A stretch of 64,000 bases of DNA from positions 507,877 to 571,876 of the forward strand of contig JAAOMT010000183.1 in the NCBI GenBank assembly GCA_016748015.1. Reading direction: 5' to 3'. Position numbers and translations under genes: made by a program. Origin of the DNA: Geosiphon pyriformis uo1. Its lineage: Eukaryota > Fungi > Glomeromycota. Of the stretch, positions 22,801 through 36,740 are shown piece after piece. Below the pieces are notes generated by a model. The model ran no database searches and was not told where the DNA came from. It worked only from the letters and a program-made list of their open reading frames with translations. The first letter of the stretch is position 1. Every line of letters starts with the position of its first letter.

Positions 22801-23870
22801 AATCCTAGTACCATTCGTAAGTTTTTGCTAGCGATAGAATGGGTACCACCAAATTTTATTATTAATGTGGTCTTCAATTTTACATCCAGCCCCCACTTGG
22901 CCATTTGGTCAAAGACCATTTCGACACCAATTTTCAGTTACAAATAGTTTTGAGGAGGATATATATACTCAAGCTGCCGTATCCCAAGGATTTGGATTTA
23001 CAGCATATCCTGTCGCACCACCATTCCGGTATCCTACTGCTACACAATATGTTAGTGTACCACAAATTACAATGCAACAAGGAGGTCCTCTGCCATATAT
23101 GCAACCTGGAGTAGGTTCTAAGCGGCTCATTCAATTGTTATAATAAATTTCTTCAATTTTGACACATTTTTGTATTTTCCTATCAACAGTTTGTACCCAG
23201 CATTCCATTCACCACTCCCCCATTACCAACAAATGGTGCACCTCGTAAGCATTTACTTCTTGATTTATCAGATCTTCATAATAATATGAACCACAATTTA
23301 ACATACTTTTTTGGCAATTTGGAATACATAGCCGCCATGTATAGTCCTCAAATACCCTCAGTGATCCCACCTCGTATGTAAACTTTCCGTAATTTTGTTG
23401 AGTCTTATGCTCTGACTAAAGCTCAAATTTTGATTTTTCATTGGGCAGAGCATTTCAGCACACAAGGATTTCCTTCCCCTGGCCGTTCACCAATGGTCCC
23501 TGCTGGCATTCATCCTCAGATGTATGCTTATCAAAATCCCCACGGTAATAGTCTATGTGATTCCTTTTGTACTATTATTAACTATTAGTAGAAATAACAA
23601 ATTAAATTGTATTTTTATTCTAGCAATGCCGCCCATGATGCGTTATCCACACGAGGGTATGCCTGTTCACGTTCCCCCAAATGGTGTAATGATAGGACAA
23701 CGACCGATAATGATGGAACCACATTATGTCCAACAACCTGAAGGCGCGCCAATGGGTAACAATTAAAATCCCAACCGTGTTTACCTATCCTAAAATTCAT
23801 TGAGGTTTTCTGATTTAAGTTCATTCTCTCAGAAGGCATGCCAGTCTCCGAACCGGCAGCAACACAGTAA
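19807..23870 (+). CDS. PBP1: Ataxin-2 / Pbp1 (LSm, LsmAD, PAM2, Pro-rich tail); multi-exon
   Basis: 'MHDRMLCLLANFVGMTVQVTSKNGNKYEGLF', 'FRTDTDIS', '[29 protein letters not shown]', 'DEEDRYGAVVR', PAM2 'KLNAKASEWRP'. Confidence 0.92.
20774..20859 (+). other. U12-type (minor spliceosome) AT-AC intron in PBP1
   Basis: 5' ATATCCTTT, branch site TTCCTTGAC (20841-20849), 3' AC; removal restores the frame GGLE-DDPAQE. Confidence 0.9.
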
Positions 23871-24640
23871 TCCAAAAATCTTTATGACGAACAATATCTT
23901 GGAAACTTTTCATGGGGTATTCATGAGGAGGTTAATTATTTACGAACATTATCCTATTTTTCCGTATAGTAAACCTTATGCTATTTTTTTTGCCCTAAAA
24001 CAAACTTTGCTAATTGGTACCTTGGGTTGCAAAAGCTCTTTAGGCTATTTAGTTAGTTGAAATTCATTCAATTTATAGCTCTTTCGTTAGAAGTAGTGAT
24101 TTCCAATACTTTTACTTGATCGTGGATAGCTTGAGTTATGAAAAACAATCATCGGGATAGGCTAGGGTCTCGGGCAGTTGATATTTGTGGCTCGAGACCC
24201 TAACGATTTTCTCATAGGAAATAGGGATTCGGTTTTTTTTTTGCGATATCTTTCGGACCTACCGGCAAAAGTTTGTAGTTAAACTTGTTTCGAAGGCGGA
24301 TTGGAGAATGATGAAAAATTTTGGAAGAATTCAGCTCATTTAAAGCAGTTGAGAAAATAAAAACCAAGTGCTACCATTTCACATCTCTGAATGTATTTTC
24401 TCGTATCATTAGGTACGTTAGAAAAGTCCATTTAATATTTGGAAAACTAGTGATTCAGGATGAATTCGAACAAATTTAGTTGATTGTTTTTCTGCGAATA
24501 CTGGCATTTTGGTTGTACTCTCTTGCTGTTTTAATCAAGTCTAATTTTTGGAATTTGATATTTTACAATTTGTTATGAAAGTTACTCAAGAACTGATGCA
24601 GAAAAAACAATTGTAATATAGGTAAAAATTAACTGGAAAG

Positions 24641-25631
24641 CTACTCGTCAGGAACTGTACAACAGAAGATTCAGGATGTTAATATAGGTATCAAACTTAG
24701 GGACTTTTGAATTTTTTGAAGTCCTACCTTCAATTTCCCCCGATTCAAGTTTATCCGAGATTTCTCGAGGACTTTCCCTTTGGTTTTCAATCAAATTAAT
24801 TAATACATCTTTACCATTGAAAATCAAGTGATTTTAAAATCAATTTCGACACTCACCCATCAACAGTACAACCAACGCTATTACATGTGCCCAAAATTTC
24901 TTTGACAGTCCCTTTTAATGTTTGGGCGAAAGACTTGAACCGCATGATACGTGCAATCTCGATCACTTCATCGAGTGTAATATTACCGCTGTGCTTGATA
25001 TTTTTCTCCTTCTTACGGTCACGCGGCGGCTCTTTCAAAGCCCGAATAACTAAGGAGGAAGCACTGGGTACCACAGAGACAGCGGCTTGACGGTTCTGGA
25101 TCGTTAGCTGCACGGTAACTCGGAGACCTTTCCAGTCGGCGGTAGCTTTAGCGATGTCTTCACCGACTTTTTTAGGTGCCTATTATTATGAGATTTCGTA
25201 ATTAGTAATGGTCATTGAGAATTACTGCATCTATGATGCAATTTGATTTCATCACGAATAAGAAGCAATTTTCAATGCACTTATTTAACTGCAAAAATAT
25301 AAGCAATCCAGAAACACCATTTATTCTGATTGGCCGTAAAAACTTACCAAACCAAGAGGGCCAATTTTAGGAGCAAGGGCAGAAGAAGCGCCAACTTCCC
25401 CACCAGTAGCCCTTAAGTAGATGATCTATAAAAAGAAAGGAAACAGCTTAAGAGCAAAGGCGGGTAGTGAAAGAATGCAAGTATAAAACCCTCTCGTTTC
25501 TCGGTATACCTTAATTTCACTGGGGTCTACCCAATTTCATAATGAAAAATAAGGAGAAAATCTTAAGCGATTAAATAATGTAGTTAGGAGCCAACTTCAA
25601 AAACCTCATACATACCGACCTTGACTGGCAT
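24641..25631 (-). CDS. RPL12: 60S ribosomal protein L12 (uL11)
   Basis: Six exons: [50 protein letters not shown]...[18 protein letters not shown]...GEIEVPDE*. Confidence 0.97.
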
Positions 25632-25914
25632 TGTCGAAAAGTTCTATCGCGAGTAAACGCAAAAATTTTTTTTATCAAATATTGTTTCTTCATGGTCTTA
25701 AATACACGTCACCACACTACACTAAAATAACGTGATATCACGCCTGTAAAAAGTTTTGGCCTAAAAAACCAAGCCATTTCTTTCTAACTTTATAGTTAAG
25801 TTTTAAAATATAAGTTGCAAATAACTTGTATTTAAATTTTGTAATATTGTAGTTCTTAAAAAAATAATTGTTAATTTAATTTTAATATATTTGTAAAATA
25901 TAATAATATTGTTA

Positions 25915-26064
25915 TTAATTAATGTGTTAATTTTTAGAAAAATACCAAATATTATTAAAATTTTCATTAACTTTTTAATATATTATAAAAATACTAGTTT
26001 TAATAATTATTACTTTGAATAAATCTTAATTAGTGTGTTAATTTTTAGAAAAACACCAAATATT
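25915..26064. repeat. ~39-bp direct repeat pair in an AT-rich block
   Basis: TTAATTA(A/G)TGTGTTAATTTTTAGAAAAA(T/C)ACCAAATATT at 25915 and 26026. Confidence 0.7.
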
Positions 26065-26502
26065 GCAATATACTATTGTTTATTTCAAGTCGTTTAATGT
26101 GATTATAACTGTTTTGTTTGCTAATTAGTTTAATAATAAATAATAAAATTAAAATTCTTTTTTTTATTAATTATTAAAAATTTATTGCTTTTTATAATAT
26201 GTTTAAAACCAAGTTGGTCAATTTTTTTTCTGGTTATATTGTTTTTAAAATCAACAAATTGGTTTTTAAATATGTGATTATATTTGTTTTATTTTTTAAT
26301 TATTTGACAATTAAAATATTTAATTAAAATATTTAATTATTAAATTTATAATTAACAAAATTAGTATATTAAAAAAAATTATACCTATTAAAAATCAATA
26401 TTTTTTTAAATGTTAAAGTTTTAATTGTTTGGTTTTTAATTATATTTTTTTTTTAAAATTTTTATTAACAATTTAATAAGAAAAAAATTAAAAATATAAA
26501 AT

Positions 26503-27920
26503 TTATTATTATTATTATTATTTTATTATAAGATTTATGAGTGAAGTCCAACTGCTATCTAGTACATAGATCCAAATTAAGTGGCTCAAACTAAATACAG
26601 CTCATACTTTTATTACATATGGCTGGTCACTTGAGCCAGACAAGACAACACTACACATTTATACTAACAAGTAGAATACTATTCAAACCAGAAAAGAAAT
26701 AACACATTCTACATCTACCAAAATTAACAGCAAAAAATTCCACAACACCAAGCATACAAATCACTTCATTTAACAACATAAATACTATACAGCAAAACAA
26801 GTCCAAAACCATATCATTATCTTTGATTAAACCAGTCTTCTTTATATTTATCTTATATTTAAACCTAATAAGCCACATCTTAATGTGATGCAATTTTACC
26901 ACAAATCTTATGTATTTGACAAGTGCCAAAGCAGTTTTTTTTTTTTCAAAAACCAAAACAGTTTTAGCAAACCAATTCTTTAACACAAAATCTTTGCAAA
27001 TTATAGTGTACAGACTCATATCTAAAGAACACATTGAAAGCAAATACAAAATAACAAAAGTAAACAAGCAAAAAAGATCTGTCAATGACATCTATCTCTT
27101 AATAGCTTTAGCCAAAATGTTTTTATGGAAACCAATATTATCAAAGCAAATAAAAATGTGGTTAAACAATTTTACTTCACCATACAGTAAGCATAACACT
27201 TCAGAATAACTTTTGTTATATAATCTCTTTCTAACTACTATTAGCAGTTGTCTATATATTGTTTTCATTATATATGTACACAAATTAGCTAATCTTCTAC
27301 TAGTAAATTCAGAAAACATGTACAAGTCAGGTTGCCAAATCTTTGTAGTGGTAGTTTAATTTATTTCTCTAATTATAAAACTCAAAATTACATTATAACC
27401 AGAACCAGCTTTCCAATAAACACAGCAAATTGACCAATACAAATCACAAATAAAATAACAAGTATTATTAAACACAACAGTATTTTCAACAATCAGAAAC
27501 CATTTCTGAATTCCAACTAGCAAAAAAAAGAAGTAAAAATGGCCTCACCAGCCAATATATTAGTCTTAACATTATCTGAAACCCCTAAATGTTCTTTAAC
27601 TTTTACTCACTTAACCAAAATGTCTTTATCCCTAATAAAATTGGCTATATGTAATCTCTTAATCCAATATTGACTGTAAAAGTTAAGCACTACAAACAAA
27701 GTCTCAGATACACAAGTGTTAATTACAAATTGGTTGTTTAAATACAAAATCACAGCACATAAAGATAGAACACATTCCAAAGCCAAAGCAACAGCTTATA
27801 ATTCAACCAAAGTAGAAAACAAAAGCCCAAATACTTTAATCTTAATACTCACATCTATAATTGAAAAATAAGCAGCCATCTTATTTATCATCTTAACAGA
27901 ACCAACATCTTTTAAGGACT
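26503..27920 (-). mobile_element. 5'-truncated LINE (RNase H + C-terminal zinc motif, 3' UTR, (TAA)n tail)
   Basis: (ATT)n at ~26503-26530; 3' UTR similar to 56618-56760; 'VKVKEHLGVSDN', 'RKRLYNKSYSEVLCLLYGE'. Confidence 0.85.
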
Positions 27921-29700
27921 TAATTATTATGTTTTAACTAATATACTAAATTATATAAAACAACTTTTATTAGAAAGTCAAATATCATATAATTTTATTA
28001 GAAAAAATCAATAAAAAATTCTTTTATTATTTGTTTTAATTATTATTTTATAATATTGTTTTATTGATTTTACTAAATTAATTAAGATAGATTTAGAAAT
28101 ATTTTATTACTTTTTTCTTATAAATCTTTCTAATTCATTATGATTTTGAAATCTTTTTTTTTATATTTTTTTTAACAATAGTTCAAAGATTTTTTATTGA
28201 GTTTAAATTAGAACTATTAAATAATTATTTTAATAAATTAGTTATATTCTTAACAATAAACTTTTTAACAAGTTTGCTAATATGTTTAAAATCATTATTT
28301 TGTTAAAATTACCAATTATTCTTTAATATTGTTCTAATTTCAGATAAGTGGTTACAAAAAATATTTATATAAAATTAAGTATTTATTATTTAAACAAAAC
28401 AATCTAAATTATTTTTTTTTTATAAAAACTTTTTTATGTAAAATTTTTTTTTGATTTTTAAGCATATAATAAATTAGTTAAGTATCTTTATGTTAATATT
28501 TTACTGTTTTAAAAAAATTAAAAAGATGTTTTATTAATAAAAACTGTTTTTTTTATTGTTATTTAAGTATTTTTTGGTTTATTTTATATATTTTTGCTTA
28601 TGTTTTTTAGTTAGCATTGAAATTATCTTAAAAATTTTTTTTTTATAATTAAATTAAATAAATAATTTTAAATAGTAATATAAAAAACATTTATTCTCTT
28701 TTTAGCCAACTTTATTGTTAAATATTTAAATAAAACTAAAAAATCTTTATAAATAATCTGCTTTAATACTTTTAAAGAATTTTTCATAATTTTTCTTGGC
28801 TAACTATTATTATTTGTATGCTTTATTGTTTATTTTTTTTGAGTTTTTTAAGAATATTATAAATTGTAAAAAAAATATATTTGTTTTATTCTATATTTCT
28901 TTTATCTTTTATATTTTTGTTTTTAAAAATATAATATAACTTGCTATTGTATTTTTTGCTTTAAAGTTAGTATTTTAAAAACAACTTTTAAAAAAACTAT
29001 TAATTAATATGTAAAAAAATGTTTTTAAAGTTTAATTACTTATCTAATATTTTGTTTTTATTGTTATTAATAAAAAAAACAAAAATTATAATAAATAAAA
29101 AATAGTCAATAGCAGAATAAAAGATTAATAAAAACATATAATATTAGAAATTTCAGAAATACCAGTAAAAATTTCAGAAATACTGGTAAAAATATTAAAA
29201 ATTTCAGAAATATCAAAAATTTTAACAATAACTTAAAAAAATTTTAAGAATCTTATATTATAAAAATTTATATATATATAATAAAAGTATTAAAAGTCAA
29301 AAAACAAACAATTTTACTTTAAAATCAGTTTAATTATTTTTACTTTAATAAATATAAATAATAAAAATATTAATAAATTTTATTTTATTTATTAATTAAT
29401 AAAATTATTTTATTAAAATTCACATTATAATTATATAAATATTATTAGTATTTATTATAGTTATATAATAATACTAAAATAATAGCTCTTAATTATAACT
29501 ATTAACAGAATATTGATTATTACTTTTTTATTTTATTATTATTATTATTATTTTGGTTAAGTTTACTAATTAATTTTAAAAAAATTATTAAGATTATAAT
29601 ATTAAAAATTATTTAATAAAAAATATTAGAAAAAAATATAATTATAATTAAAAAATTAAGATTAGTTATTAAAAAAATACAAATACTAAAATAAACTGAT
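27920..29700. other. Extremely AT-rich block (probably a terminally decayed repeat)
   Basis: Almost only A/T, no CpG seen, no ORF; short repeats AAATTTCAGAAATAC at ~29146-29215. Confidence 0.6.
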
Positions 29701-29709
29701 TACTATACT

Positions 29710-32700
29710 GAGAAAAATAAAAATTTTTTTCTCTTGTCAATCTCTTGGCCATAATAAAAGTGAAAGATTTTTTGAAAAATTAACTTTTTTTTTCTCTTTT
29801 TCTCTTTGTTTCCTTTGGTTATTTCTTTTAACACACCTTCTTTTGTTGTGATAGAACTAGTAAACATGTCTATTAGTAGTTCTAGTTCTGGTTTGATTGG
29901 TTTAGAAACCTGCTTAAACACCAAAAAAAAATGTGTAAAGAGCATATACTTTTACAATATATTTTATAAAAAGCTAAAAAAGCTTAAAGTTGATAATAAT
30001 ATAATTAACTTGTTTGCTGGCTCTCTATACTTGAAGGATATTGGTAGTTCTAGTACTAAATCTGTGGTATCATGGGGAAGTAATGTTAATAATATTGCAA
30101 ATAGTATTAGTGGTCTTTCAGATGTAAAAAATATAAGAAACATAATTGCAAAGAAAACAAGTTATGTAAATTTAGATGTTTTTGTGGACAATAAAAATAT
30201 AGATAAAGTCACACTAAAAAAAACTTGCACTTGGACATATATGTTGAGCCACTCACTAAAGGCATTTTTGTTTAATAATATAAGTAATGATAATGATGTT
30301 TTGGTGTTTTTGTCTCTTAAATTTATTGGCTCTAAACAGTTGTTATTAGTTAAATTATATGTTTTGGAAAAGCAAAACTTCAAGCCAGTTAAATTGTTTG
30401 CTTTGAATGTTAATCTGTCTGCTGTGCTTGGCAGAACTAATAGTAATAATTTAATTACTATAAAAAAGATTTTTTATTACATTGATGGTTTTGGAAAGGC
30501 TTTTACTTTTTTAAAATTTTCAGACATTATTAGATTTATCTTTACATCTGAATTGAGTTTAGGCAGAGCCAAGAAAATGACTATTAGTAAGAAAATCTTG
30601 GTGAATGAGGATGTTAGGAAACAAAACAATTATTCAGATTGGGAAATAATTGTCAAAAAAATCTCAGTAAATTTTTCCAAATCAGCAGTAGAATTGGTCT
30701 TTTCCAAATTTGATAATATTGTTTTAATTAAAATACAATTGATTGGTCTTTGGCAAAAGGCTTTGGTAAAGTTTGAATCATTAAATATTGTCAATTTGGT
30801 TGCTTCTAAATAGTCAGTTCTTATAGAAAAAAATTCTGTATATGTGGCTTTGGTGATTAATGATAAATAGTTGTGAGTATTCAAAGATTTACATTAAGCT
30901 TTGCTATATACTTTACCAGTTGGCACTATTACTTATAATTTTTTTGGTTTGTTAAAGTCATATGGTAAGAAAAGTTGTTTTATTGGCTGCAATTTTAGTT
31001 CATATGTATATGACAGATGTGCTATAATTTTGTTTTGCTAATAAGATGTTCAAAATTACTACTATTGGTTTTGTTTCAGTTTTCAAGAATGTGAATTTGT
31101 GCTGAACTGATTTCTTTTTGGCTTGTTGTATATAGTATAAACAATTTGGTCATGTTTTTGGTATGTGTTTAATGAATAAAAATTCAGATAATCATGGTAA
31201 ATATGTAGTCAGTTCTCAAAATTAGTTTTGTTTAGCAAATATATATAAAAAAAAACAAGTGCCAATAGCTCATCCAGTTTTATTTAAAGACAAAACTTGA
31301 GCTTAAATTGCTAGTAATCTCATTTTTTATGTGATATCCTTAATTTTTTCTGGTACTGGTTTATCTTTGAACACAAAACCTTTCCTGTTAAAATTTTTGA
31401 ATATAAGTAATAAGTTTGTTACTTTTAAGTAGAATCTTATCAACTTCATAAAACAAGTTGATAAACTAACTAAGAAGTTAAATATACTTGGGCCAATAGT
31501 TTCTCAGCCTAATCCTGAATGTCAATTATTGGTAACTTCTTCATTACAAAATTTAGGGGCAGATATAGTAATAAATAAAAATTTGGGTGTGGTTACTAGT
31601 AGTAAAACTGTTGTGAAAGCAGTAGTTCTTAATTAATTGTTTATTTCAAAGTTAAAGAAAAATATGAAAAATCTGTTAGCTATTATTATGAGCCTAATAA
31701 CCAAAGTAGAAAATTTTAGTTTGGGTGTAAAAAATCTTTCTTCTTAATAATAGATTTGGTATAAAAAATTGCTACTTGTAATATTAAAAGTTTTAATGTC
31801 TTTGTCAAATAAAAAGATATTATTCATTGGTATATGAATTTAGATAATATGATTTCTATTATTACTAAAACAAAATTGAGATCTAATATTAAGCTGTGGA
31901 TTATAAATAAGTTTGGTGGAGTTTGGATTTTTACTTTTGGTTTGAAGAAGAGTTTTTTAAGTGCTAGTGTTGCCATAATTATAAATAGCTTTCTAGCTTA
32001 ACATGTTTCAAAGGTAGATAAAATTTCAGATTGATTGATTTTAATATGCTTTTCATTTAAAAACAAGCTCTTAGTTATAATTCTGGATTTATATACTGGT
32101 GCATTTGTTGGTACACAGTTTGGCTAAGCTTTTAATATTAATTTTATAATCTCTAAAGCAGTCAATTCTAGCTTTTTTGTGGTTTTGGGTGGTAATTTTA
32201 ATAATAATAAATCCAAAAAGAGTGTAAATTTCAAGTTTTGTTTGAATTTGGATCTGGTTAATATATTTGTTGAGCATTTATTGGCTAAAGCTTCTACTTG
32301 AAACAATTTTAGGAAGACTGTAAAAGTGTTGGATTTTATTTTTGTGAATAAAAATCTAATATTTGCAGTTGTATATCATAAGATTAATTTTGTGTTAAAA
32401 TATTTTAATACAGATTATAAGGCAGTTTCAGTATCAATTGGTTTGAACAGTCTTCTGAATATTTATCTTAGTAGTATTTATAAACAAACTAATAAGAATT
32501 AGTAAAAGTTTAAGCTAAAAAATACAGATAATGTCAAGTAGATACGATTTAAAGAGCAATTTTTTAATAAGTTGCTGGCAAATTCAAATGTGTTTGAGAA
32601 GACAAAAAGCTGTGATAACTTGGATATAATGTAAAAGATGCTAAGAAAAACTATAGTACAAGTTGCTAATGTAATGTTTTCTAAACATTGATATAGTAAA

Positions 32701-35079
32701 TATAATTGTTTAAAAAACAAACAGTTTTTGAAGTTTTTTAAATTAAAACTGCTTATTGTAAAAATTGTGAAGAAATAAAATTTTGGAAATCAGTTGGAAT
32801 TTAATTGTCTTTTTGGTGTTTAATTAACTATTGATAATATAAAAACATCTATAATTACTGACATGATTCAAAATAGTATAAGTTCAATAGAATTGGTTAA
32901 GCATTTGTTAATAGTAAGAAAGAGGTATCAAAAATCTATATATTATGAAATAAAAGCTTCTAAAAATATAGCTATTAAAAAGACAATTAAACATTACATA
33001 GAAAATTTCTGTTTTAATAAAAAGTGAATAATAAAAAACATTTTGAAAAGACCATTTCACAAAGTTGTTTTGGATCACTTGGTAGTAGATAATAAATTGG
33101 TAGTAGAGCCTAATAAAATAAAGCTTAAGATTAACAAAATTATAGAAAAGTAGACAAAAAAGCAGTTAGTATTCTTAAAATTGCCTGACTTTTGGTTTTA
33201 TCAATATATGTTTCTGGATTATATAGATAATAATACTTTTTCTGATGTAATAAAAAAGATTAATATGAAGGAATTAACTTTGGTTGTTAATAATTTGCCA
33301 AATGGCAAGACTGTTGGATTGTCAAAAATACTTAATAAACTATGAAAACATTGTGGTGATAATGTGTTAAATTGTCTTTTGAGGTTGTTGAATTTGTGTT
33401 TGACTTTGGATACAGGTTTAATTTTTTGGACAAAGGTATAAGTCTTAATGATTCCAAAACCTTATAAATAGAATGACATCTTAACAAATACTTGGCCTAT
33501 TGTATTGATCAAAATGGCTTGAAAAATCTTATTTAAGATTTTTTTTGATTAAATTTTATTAGCATATAGTAAATTTAACATTTTTTACAATAATAATTTT
33601 TTAGTATTAAAAAGTATTTTGATTTAATCTCTTATTTTTGCCATTGAGTTAGTTGTTAAGAATGCTTTTAAAAAAAATAAAGAGTTTTAATTAATATTAC
33701 AAAATATGTGCAAAGCTTATAATTTAGTAAGCTGGTATTATCTAAGAACCAATTTGTGATATATTAAAATGTACAGTCAGTTTATTAAGTTTTTGGGCAG
33801 TATTTATAGAGATCAGATTAATAAAATAATGACAAATATTGGTCTTTCAAATAGTTATAAGATACATGATAGTTTGGATTAAGATAAAATCTTCTTTTCT
33901 TTCTTTTAGAGAATTTTTTATAACCTGCTTTTGTGTGAAATCAAGAGACAAAAACACTTATGTAAATACCAAATTAATACTAAATTTATGGCAAAGTCTA
34001 ACAAAGTTGAAATTATTGAAGGGAAAACTTCTTTTTTTGCTGCTAATACCTTTGTTAATAATACAATTTAGGTCAAGAATAATCAAGTTTTTATACAATA
34101 TATTTTAAACATTGCCAGTAAGTTTTTTAATATTAATAATATTTCAATTAATAATAATAAAACAGTGGTTATTTTTATCAATTAAAATGTCAAAACTGTT
34201 TTATTGTTAATTGCTAAAAAAAATAAATTGCACAGATACTTGGGTATTTTTTTGTCTATTGAAGGTCTTTCTAAGTTTAGTTTGGCTCAGATTTATGCAA
34301 ATATCAAGTTTTTTTTTAATGTAATATTGAAAAAAGTGATTACAAATAAACAGTTTTTTTATTTGGTCTTAGTTGTTCTATAGCCCATAGTTAGCTATTG
34401 AATGCAGTTTAGTTTTTTTTGTCAAGTATGTATTACAAATAGGATATAATGATTAAAAAAAGTCTTAAAGCCAAGATTGGTTTACCATAGAACTTTTTCA
34501 GTAAAGCTTTGCATTATCCATTTTTATATAATTTAAAAATCTTTGAGCAGATGCAATCTGAAAGCAAAATGGCTTTATTGGTTGTCTTTTCCAATACATG
34601 GAGCATTTTAAGCACTTATTTAAGCATAAATTTTTGGATTTACAGATTTTAGAATGGTTTTTTTAAATCTTTTACAGTTTTCTGTTAAGTTATATGTTAG
34701 TTCAATAAACAATTTTCTAGCTAGAATGGTAAAAATTTTTTTGGACAATAAATTATCTTTGGCAAACAATTTGTCTAATGCTTTTCACAATTCTAGTAGG
34801 TTTTTAATGTCTGACATCTTAGAGCAATTCTTATAGTATAGCTTTGTTCATTTTTTGAAGCAGTTTAATAACAAACTTCTAGACAAAAAAGAGAATATAA
34901 TGGACTGAAAAACGGTTTGACAATAGAAAAAGTTAGATCTAAAAGACTTTGTGCCTTATTGGTTTAAACTAACATCTAAGTTTTTGCATAATAAAAATTT
35001 TTTGATGGCTGGATTTGCTGTTATCTGTAGATCAATTAATATAAATGTTTTGGAATCTATGGAGTTTTCTGGTGTGCAG
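29710..35079 (+). mobile_element. LINE (non-LTR retrotransposon): ORF1 ~29866-31750, ORF2 with APE endonuclease and RT
   Basis: APE motifs 'IATCNIKSFN', 'VLGGNFN', 'LDFIFV', 'TDYKAV'; RT 'WPIVLIK', 'QNMCKAYN', 'FVNNTI' (from FVDD); 5' end approximate. Confidence 0.9.
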
Positions 35080-36052
35080 TGTTACTGGAGGTTTTTGGTC
35101 TCTTTTTTTAAATGTTATTAATGTTGATTTGTTGTGAATTCACATTCTCAGAAAGTAGTTAGATCTTTAGTAACTGAATTTATCTTCAAATTATCTTTTA
35201 TAATTTGAACTGCTAGGCTTATAAATGGAATGGCCAATTCCATGCCAGTTATTTTATGTAGTTATGTTGTAGTAAACATCAACTTTTTCCCAGGAATTGC
35301 TCATTTGGAAGCTAACTAAAAATGTGTAGTTACTTTGCTATGAAAGTCAACTCTTCTACAGAAATTTCGTCTGTAGGCTACCCTAATAATTATGATAAGA
35401 AAAGAAAAGAAAAATAAAAAAAATGTAAAAAAATAAGATTTTATCAAGGGAAACGTTTTCTATCCAGGCCTGGTGTTACTAACAGATTACTAAAATTGGT
35501 AGCTAATCAATTTCAAAACGTTAGTTGTGTTGGGAGAATTTCAAGTGTAATAATTTTAAGAATTTGGTTTTTGAATATTTAATTTTTATTTGATTTTGTA
35601 AAAAAAGTAATTTGTTATAATTAAGATATCTAAAGTAAGATACTATGATAAGATACTATGAAAAGATACATTTTTTTGAAGAGAGAAGCTCTTCTTTTAT
35701 ACAATTTGTTATAGTACTAGTCTTTAAACTTGCACTTTTCTCTCTGCTACAATTTGGGTGAACTAAAGATACATTTTAGCAAACTACAAGTTATTTCACT
35801 AAATTATTGATTATTTCAGCCAATTTTCATTAATTTCGGCGAATTTTGACTATGTTAAATAGTTCAGAGTATTGTGTAATTTGATCATCTTAATTTCTAT
35901 TGTACAAATCGGATTATTGATTAAATAATGATATTTGATAATTTGATTAAATAATAAGTGATAATCGAAATGATAATAATATATGCTAATTAATAATAAG
36001 AATTATGAAGGTAATTTTATGTTAATTAATAGTTAAAATTCTATTAGTAATA
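35080..36052 (-). repeat. 3' LTR of element B
   Basis: Co-linear repeat of 43989-44962; no evident similarity to family A LTRs beyond the termini. Confidence 0.95.
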
Positions 36053-36059
36053 TAATCTC

Positions 36060-36740
36060 TTCCTCAAGACTGAGCTCTGTCAAAGTCCAAGCACTGTCTG
36101 TAATGTTAAGATAGTAGTCCAATATAATTGAAGTAATTTGGTCTGAAAATTGTTGAAATTTCAGTTTTGTAAGCTTTCCAATATATTGAATCTTTATTAG
36201 CTAAAGTATTGGATTTTGTAGGACGTTTTTACAAGTGTTGAATAAATTATAGAGTTTAAATGCTGTTCTAAGTTTGTAGTGAGTGTTTGTTGGTCCAGCT
36301 GCTGTCTTGAATTCATTGTGAATTTGTTTTTGAATTATTTCAGGAGTGATGTGTGTTGCTTCAAGTTCCAGTTTTCGTTTATAAAATGTTTTTCCAATAT
36401 GAAAATATTTATTGATAAGGGTATATTCATTGTTCTGTTCATTAAGAAATAGTAGAAGTTTTTGTTAAATTGTGACAATTGGTGAAATGTCAATAGAAGC
36501 AAATAAAAGATTTTCTTTTAGTGCTTGCTTTAAAAGTTCTGGTAATTGAATTCCAAAATAACCTCTTGTTTTTATTCTATAGGAATAATAATTCTGAGAA
36601 TTATTTACTATTAGGACTGTGGTTTTTTTCTGAATGTAATTAATTTGACTTTTATTAATTGTTATGGATAGATCAGGAAGTGTTTTTAAGACTAACATTA
36701 ATTTTTGAAATATTTGTTGAATATTTCGAGAAATAATCAT
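36060..36740 (-). pseudogene. ORF3 of family B
   Basis: 'MIISRNIQQIFQKL..KYFHIGKTFYKRKLEL..TAFKLYNLF..QYIGKL'; same position and motif spacing as family A ORF3. Confidence 0.65.

Noticed and set aside
25180-25347. snoRNA in the longer RPL12 intron
   Set aside because: It has a C-box-like GTGATGA but no downstream CTGA, and no convincing H/ACA two-hairpin fold
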